Of a DNA stretch of 64,000 nucleotides, positions 57,801 to 64,000 are shown in pieces (positions within the stretch are counted from its first letter, which is position 1; the number at the start of each line of letters is the position of its first letter). A program made the translations under genes and the position numbers. Source of the stretch: an uncultured Planctomycetota bacterium (GTDB lineage Bacteria > Planctomycetota > Planctomycetia > Pirellulales > Lacipirellulaceae); assembly GCA_963733705.1 (NCBI GenBank), contig CAVTEJ010000014.1, positions 10,943-74,942 on the forward strand. Direction: 5' to 3'. Below the pieces are notes generated by a model. It saw only the letters and a program-made list of their open reading frames with translations. It did no database searches and had not been told where the DNA came from.

Positions 57801-59889
57801 CGACGCTCGAACCGCTGAGAACCGCGAGTGAACCCGTGGCGTTGGCGGTCTTCGTGTCGACCACTCCCAACGGGCCGTTGCTCCGTCCGCCCGAGCCATT
57901 CGAAAAGACCAGACTGTTGCTGCCAGCCGTGGAGCCGATGTTCTGAAGCTCGGTCCCGCTAAGGGTTAAGTTCGACCCGGCGCCATCGATGCTGAGGATG
58001 CCGTTGAGGCCAGCGGCGGACAAGTCGTTGGCAATGAGGTGGCTGCCAAAAAGGGCCTCCAGCACGGCACCGCCTTGAATTGATAGATCGTCGCCGGCGA
58101 CAAGATGCAGCGGATTGCCCGACGTACCCAAGAGGAGACTTGTGCCGGCCCCGAGGACATTCACATCCTGTAGCACATCACGGGCGGACAGATAGTTTGT
58201 CTTGGCAACCGACTGATTTCCGACCGCCTCGGACAGGATTGCGAGTGCCATGTAACCGCGCGCGGATTGCTCGGCGTCAAACTTTCCTCCGCGGAGCGCA
58301 GCGGTGAGCGGAGTTTCAGATCGATTGAAGAGGTCGGCGGCTAAGTCTTGTCGCGGGGCCGGCACACTTTTTGGCGGCCAGTATTCGGAGGGCTTGGCTT
58401 TGCCGGTCCAAGCCGTGATTTCGTCCGCCAATTGTTTGTTTGACTTCTGGAGCCGATCGACGTCTTGCTTGGTGTTCAAGATCAGTTCATTCCGCTCGCG
58501 ATAGCGCATTTCCAGTTGCCGCCGCTGGCTTTCAATACCCAGAGCGACAATCGGGCCGGCAATGGCAAGGATTCCGACCATCAGCAAGGTTGCGGCCACC
58601 CACGGTTTGCGTTTCGCCCACCGCGCCGCCCGCATCGGCGCGGAGATGGGCCGCGATTTAAGCGGCTCTCCATTCAAAAACCGCTTCAGTTCGTCGCTCA
58701 ACTCAGCAGCCGTTGCAAACCGGCGGCCCGGTTCGCGTTCCAGGCACTTCAGACAAATCGTTGACATGTCGCGCGGCACGTGGCGATTGAGCTTTCGTGG
58801 ATCGGGTGCATCTTCGGTCAATCGCTGGTGAATCTGCATCTGCGGGCTGCCGCGAAACGGCAGTTCGCTCGTCAGCAATTGAAACATTACGACGCCAAAA
58901 GAGTAGATATCGCTCCGACGATCCGTCCAATGGGCTTGTCCACGCGCTTGTTCGGGCGACATGTAGCCCGGCGTCCCCAGAATCTGCCCTTCAATGGTCA
59001 TTGTGATTTCGCCGAGTTCGCGCTTCGCGAGGCCGAAATCGGTCAGATGTGGCCGTCCGGATTCGTCCATCATCACGTTCGATGGTTTGAAATCGCGATG
59101 CACAATGCCTTGCTGATGAGCGTGATGCAGCGCATCGGCTATCGGCAGGCACAATTCGGCGACTTCCCCAGCGCTGAGGGGATTGACCGTGATCCAATCG
59201 GTAAGCGTGACACCGCGAATAAAATCGCTGACGATAAATATCGTATCGCCTTCTCGCCCGACCTCGTGCACCGAAACGATGTTCGGATGGTGCAACTGTG
59301 CTGCCGCCCGCGCCTCGCGAAAGAACTGATCGATCTGGGCAGAGCTAAGTTGGCCGCGCCGCGGAATTTTCACCGCCACCGTTCGGTCGAGCTCCCGATC
59401 ACGCGATTTCCAGACCGTGCCAAATCCGCCGATACCCAATCGCGAAATGAGATCAAATCGCCCGATCGATTTGAGCGGTTCGGCAAATCGGGTCGCCTCT
59501 TGGCGATCAACCAGACTGAAGTTGCTCCCGCACGTGGTGCAACAAATCTCTTCATACGGAGTATCGGTCAATACTTCGACAAAGTTACAACAGTGCGGGC
59601 AACGAATATGAAGACCATGCGAGCCTCCGCTGCTTAACTTGTGCTCTAGGGTCTTTTCGTCATCCCCGTCAGATGATTTGGGAGTGTCTTTGCGCGTCGC
59701 GGCAATGAGTCGCAACTTTCGCAATGCTTCGCCCAGCTCGGGCATAGCTTCAGGATGCGCGGCCATGAGCGACGTATCAGATACGGCCTCACCTGCTGCC
59801 CGGCGCCGCAGGCAATCTTCAAGCAGCAATTGTATTCGGGCCTCTTTCGCTACAGCGCTGTCTTGCGTTTCTTGTTCTCCAGACGACAT
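54877..59889 (-). pseudogene. Zn-ribbon - Ser/Thr kinase - TM - long beta-helix repeat region - dockerin-like segment - PEP-CTERM anchor; two frameshifts
   Basis: ORF 57196..59889 holds CPHCCNFVEV...CCTTCGSNF, LGIGGFGTVWKS, HRDFKPSNVMMD, DFGLAK, the TM segment WVAATLLMVGILAIAGPIVALGI, and then repeats. It joins ORF 55239..57398 near 57395 (GGYTATDG / AQTYLVTDADSTWNNSG) and ORF 54877..55218 near 55284 (AAGSLS / GAFSNVANGERLGTLDGLGSFLVHYGSG). Tail: GDYNRNGTVDAADYVLWRD...VPEPTTLALLIFAAAGWCLRR. Confidence 0.7.
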
Positions 59890-60359
59890 TTAGATCGCTC
59901 GCTTTCGCGACGCGCCCCGTGCACATTATGGAGATCGAGAGATAACGGATTCAAGGCGTAATTCGATTTCGGGACAGTTCCGTGGAGGTGCTCCTAACCG
60001 AGCACTAATAAAGGACCGTTAAGAAACGGTTCTGTGACGCGGGCACCCGACCTTCTCGGCCGACCGCGACTGTTACCTGCGGCGGGCATCTCTAAACTCG
60101 CGATGCGGCAGCTTTTCGGGACGAATTTTCCGTTCCGAGAACTCGTCTCCGCGGTCGGCCTGACAGTCGGCGGTCTTTCTGGCCGCGAAAATGCGTCATC
60201 AATCCAAGGTTAGCTGGTAATGCGATACGCCTGCTCGATTGCGACTTCGAATGATGCAATCGAAGCAAGTTTACCGGGCACCAGTGCTGTATTATTGGTC
60301 AACCGCATGTTAGAAGTGAGGCGTCGGAACGTGATCGAACAATTTTAGAGGATCGAGCG

Positions 60360-61232
60360 ATGGCGAGTGCAATGCGATGGGATCGTCGGAGTTTGATGAA
60401 AGCGTCCGGATTAGGGGCGATGGCGGCATTGACTCAATCGGTAGCGTGGGTGCGCGCGGCAGAAACCTCGGCGGTTAGGGGCCATATCAAACAATCCGTT
60501 TGCCGTGGATGCTTTGCGAAGATCCCGTTGGAGAAGCTGGCTGTCGAGGCAAAGCGGATTGGGTATCAGTCAATTGAGCTGTTAGTACCGGAAGAGGTCA
60601 AGGTCGTGAATTCGTCCGGTCTCACGTGCGCCATGCTCAAAGGCGTGTGTAAGATTCCGGATTGTCTGAACCGTACCGAGAACCATGCGCAGATCGAAAA
60701 GAAGCTTCGCGAGTACATTGAGTTTGCTGCCGATAACGATCTGCCGAATGTCATTTGCTTTTCGGGCAACCGGCGAGGGATGTCGGACGAGGAGGGACTC
60801 GCCAACTGTGCAGCTGGGCTCAAACGCGTTGTCGGTTTTGCGGAGCAGAAGAAGGTGACGATATGCATGGAGCTGCTAAACAGCAAAGTCAATCACAAGG
60901 ATTACATGTGCGATCGATCGGCGTGGGGCGTGAAACTATCAAAACAGGTAGGCTCGCCACGGTTCAAACTGCTGTACGACATCTATCACATGCAAATCAT
61001 GGAAGGGGATGTCATTCGGACGATTCGAGACAACAAGGAATACTTCGCCCACTTTCACACAGCCGGCGTTCCAGGGCGGCATGAGATCGACGAGACCCAG
61101 GAGTTGAATTACCCGGCGATAGTGCGGGCGATTGTGGATACCGGTTACGAGGGATACTTGGGGCAGGAGTTCACTCCTACGCGAGACCCGATGACTTCCC
61201 TCGCACAGGCATTTCGCATTTGCGATGTGTGA
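60360..61232 (+). CDS. Hydroxypyruvate isomerase-like / xylose isomerase-like TIM-barrel protein with a twin-arginine-type signal
   Basis: 290 aa: RRSLMKASGLGAMAALTQS, IGYQSIELL, VTICMELLN, FKLLYDIYHMQIMEGD, FAHFHTAGVPGRHEID, GYEGYLGQEF. Confidence 0.8.
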   Translation: MASAMRWDRRSLMKASGLGAMAALTQSVAWVRAAETSAVRGHIKQSVCRGCFAKIPLEKLAVEAKRIGYQSIELLVPEEVKVVNSSGLTCAMLKGVCKIPDCLNRTENHAQIEKKLREYIEFAADNDLPNVICFSGNRRGMSDEEGLANCAAGLKRVVGFAEQKKVTICMELLNSKVNHKDYMCDRSAWGVKLSKQVGSPRFKLLYDIYHMQIMEGDVIRTIRDNKEYFAHFHTAGVPGRHEIDETQELNYPAIVRAIVDTGYEGYLGQEFTPTRDPMTSLAQAFRICDV

Positions 61233-61265
61233 CTGTGCAAATTCCTCCGATTGCGGCCCGATGGC

Positions 61266-64000
61266 TCAGTCCTCGTCATGACTTTTAGATAATTGTCGCA
61301 GCGTGGATGACTTGCTCTCTGGGGTGGTTGCGTTTGGCCCTTTGACGGTTCGCCAGATGATTTCGTTGAGCTCGTCGGTTGGCGCAGCGTCGGGATGGAC
61401 GAAGTCCATCGCATCCGAACGGGCGACGAGGTCTCGGCGCGGATCATCTTGCTTTAGCGCGTGGACCTCTGGATTGCGTTCGGCGATCGATTCTTTGCTC
61501 GGTATTATCGCCACATAGGGCTCTCGGTTCTGCGGTTCTCCGTCGGTCCACGAGCGCAGACAATCGGCGGTGGCGTCATATTGGGTCATCGGCGGTAGCC
61601 CGAGAAGCTGTTCAATGGTGCGCAGGTAGCTCACCGTGTTATAAAATCGGTGATCGACAGACCTGGGCGGAACATACGGACTGATCACGTATCCGGTCGT
61701 GCGGTGACAGTCGACATGATCGGCGCCGGACTGAGCATCATCTTCGATCACGAAAATCGCGCAGTGTTCCCAAATTGGCGAATGGCTGATAGCCTCCACC
61801 ACCTGGCCGATCGCGTAATCGTTATCAGCACAGTCAGAGCGAGGTGTGTGTGCGCCAGAGGAAGCCGCCTGGGTGTGGTCCTGTCCCATACGAATGAACG
61901 TTAGAGCTGGCACCGCGGCTCCGTTCGGCGCTTTGTCGAGCAACATTTGAAACTCTCGATGCCATTCCGAAAAGCGGCTTGGTGCTTCATATTTCCCGTA
62001 CGTCTTCCTGGGAAACAGGCAGTTTGAATCGCCCGACTTTTTGAACCATATGCTGGGTGCGTCGGAGTCGGCGTACCTCAAGTCGAAGCGGCGAAAGTCG
62101 AGATCAGTAATCCCTTCTAGATTGTGGGCTGACGGCTGAAGACCCGACGCTGCCGCATAGTTGTCCGGACCGCCCAGTGTTCCTGTTTCGTCGTCGTCAA
62201 AGCTTTCGAAAAAACCATAATTGCGGATGCTGATGCCGTGCTTGCGGCACAGGTCCCAGATGTGACCACCGGGCGCTTCGGCCACGTCGGGGACCGCCTG
62301 GCCACCGTCCTTGAAGATCGGGCTCGTTGCCGTCGGTTTGCCGTCGGCATCGCGGGCCGGGAATCCTGCCGTCGGATATCCGTTATTCTCTCCTTCAAAA
62401 TCGTATTTGCGGCCGCGGCCAGAATAATTGTAGGCAACGTTGCGTTCGACGTAGGGATTGGCCATCGATTGCGTCGACCAAACCCAGCCGTCTCCTGAGA
62501 CTTCTCCGCAGGCATAAAGATTATCCAGCAATACGAATCGTTCGGCCAATGCGTGAAGATTGGGTGTCACTTCGCGGCCAAAAATGCACAGCGACGAATC
62601 TCCATTGCCTTGCGGCAAATCGCCCAGCACCTGATCATAGGTCCGATTTTCTTTGATGATGTACAGAATGTGCGTAATCTTCCCTGATTTGAGGCCAAGA
62701 TACGCAAGCAGATCAGCCTTTTCACGGTTGAGCGTGTCAAAGCGGTTATTGGTCATCACCGTTTGCGTTAGGCGGTTCAATTCGACTTCATCAGGAATCG
62801 GCAAAAGCTGGACATCGCCCTCTAATAAGTCGAGTGGCGAGGCTGCCCGTGCCCGCTCATTCGTTTTGGGATCGCGGCCAACATTTGGGACGCGAGCCTT
62901 GACGCCTTTCGCATTGGCCACGAGCAGGTGCTCGTGATCCGGCGCGATCGCGATAGCGGTGGGATACCAACCAGTGGGAATGAATCCGCTGAGTTGCTCC
63001 GTGGTCAAGTCGACAACGGCAACCGCGTTGAGATCGGCGAGCGTGACGAACAATCGCCGCTCGTCGGTAGAAAGGGCGAGCGACGTGGGAGTGCAACCTG
63101 CCAAGTCACGGGCGACAGAGGGGCGCATCAAGAGGGTGGATACGACACGATCGGTCGCGGTGTCGACGACGGAGACCGTGTCGCTATCCGCATTGGCCAC
63201 AAACAATCGCCGCTGCGATCGATCGAGCAGCAAAGCAGTTGGGTGTGCGCCGACGGCAATGGTGGCGGTCAGAGTCGGTTTTGTTGGCGTGACGGTGCGC
63301 AACACATAAACCGCGTTATCACGCTCGCTGCCCACGTAGACTTTGGAGCCATCGTGCAGCGCAAATGGCCAAGGGATAGTTGGTTGTCCCGTGGTAAGAC
63401 TCACGAAACGTGTAGCGACCGATCTCCTCGCCCTTGCTTGTATCAGCGATGGCGACACTTCCGGAACTCGTGTAGGGATTTTCACCCGACGCGTGCTGAT
63501 TCGCGATGTAGAGATAACCGCGGTCATCCAGACAAACCCCGGCCGGGAAATCCTGTGGTTGCATCTTGATCGTGGATTTTGAGATAAGTGACCCATCGCC
63601 TTTAAGCGATAAGACAGCAATTGTGTCATTGGCCCCTTGCGCCGCGTAAATCGTGCGGCCGGCGCCACTGCTAGGCCGTAGTAGAGACCGAATGTTTTGA
63701 GTGAACGCAGGCGAGGATTCGGATTCGCAATCGCAGGCGACTCCGCGCCCTTGTGGAGATCTGGTAAATCCGGTTTCCCCGCGGCGGACCTATTCCCGGT
63801 ATGGCCAGATGAATCCCGAAATATAGTTTTGTTTGGAAACGGTATCTGTCCCGTTCCGGTACCATCGCTCAACCGGACGGCCCAAATCGCCTGGCGATAG
63901 CCGATATCGGACGTAATGGCAAATTCGCCGTCCGGCGATACGACCATATTGACGGGAAAACTCCCCACGTCTTGCGCGTGGAGCACATGACGTTCGTCGA
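61266..64000 (-). pseudogene. YVTN-type beta-propeller fused to a phosphoesterase (PlcN/AcpA family) domain; 5' end lies beyond the window; a compensating pair of frameshifts
   Basis: Propeller: RLFVANADSDTVSVVD, RLFVTLADLNAVAVVD, HLLVANAKG. Phosphoesterase: ILYIIKENRTYDQVLGD, FVIEDDAQSGADHVD. Between about 63660 and 63363 the sense frame is ORF 63319..63564 (GRTIYAAQGANDTIAVLSLKGDG...DFPAGVCLDDRGYLYIANQ...TNYPLAI). Confidence 0.8.

Overview
This 64-kb window is moderately GC-rich. Its gene content looks like a Planctomycetota (Pirellulales-like) chromosome. That lineage call is inference from at least 10 PEP-CTERM proteins with dockerin-like GDYNxNGxVDAADYVxWR tails, ECF-sigma/Ser-Thr-kinase pairs, an LENLESRLVLS leader and FSLRTLLI membrane motifs. 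I found no rRNA, no intact tRNA and no CRISPR array.

Layout:
- 1-9.8 kb: a tight minus-strand glycan operon. It runs rfbF-rfbG-rfbH, extended SDR, acetolactate-synthase-like ThDP enzyme, SDR, DHQS-like cyclase, NeuB-like synthase, with a sulfotransferase next door.
- 11.4-16.7 kb: a scarred mobile region. It holds an IS110-family element between REP-like hairpins, a degenerate IS4-family element with 20-bp inverted repeats, a tRNA-Thr 5' half, a RecB-like nuclease remnant and small Zn-ribbon/GYD genes.
- 17.0-20.6 kb: a modular tandem array of small 3-TM membrane-protein paralogs (5 full, 1 truncated). Their ends are conserved and their cores are hypervariable, and mini-ORFs and short conserved motifs sit between them.
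- 20.9-23.3 kb: a damage-tolerance cassette. A canonical SRAP/YedK-like gene lies convergent with a UmuC-like Y-family polymerase. The polymerase is translationally coupled to a short divergent SRAP-like Met-Cys protein.
- 23.6-28 kb: a His/Asp/Lys-rich repeat protein, a VIT1/CCC1 transporter, an orphan NarL-type response regulator flanked by a composite repeat, and an ABM monooxygenase.
- 28-60 kb: a cell-surface and signalling region. It has many PEP-CTERM beta-helix/propeller proteins, two ECF-sigma + Ser/Thr-kinase pairs, and a third kinase apparently fused to an extracellular beta-helix ending in a PEP-CTERM anchor.
- 60-64 kb: a TIM-barrel isomerase and a beta-propeller/phosphoesterase fusion.

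Caveat: at least 13 single-nucleotide frame disruptions split otherwise clean genes, about one per 5 kb. This more likely reflects uncorrected indel errors than real pseudogenisation, so every 'pseudogene' call here is provisional. Start codons were refined by eye, because the ORF track renders GTG/TTG starts as M.
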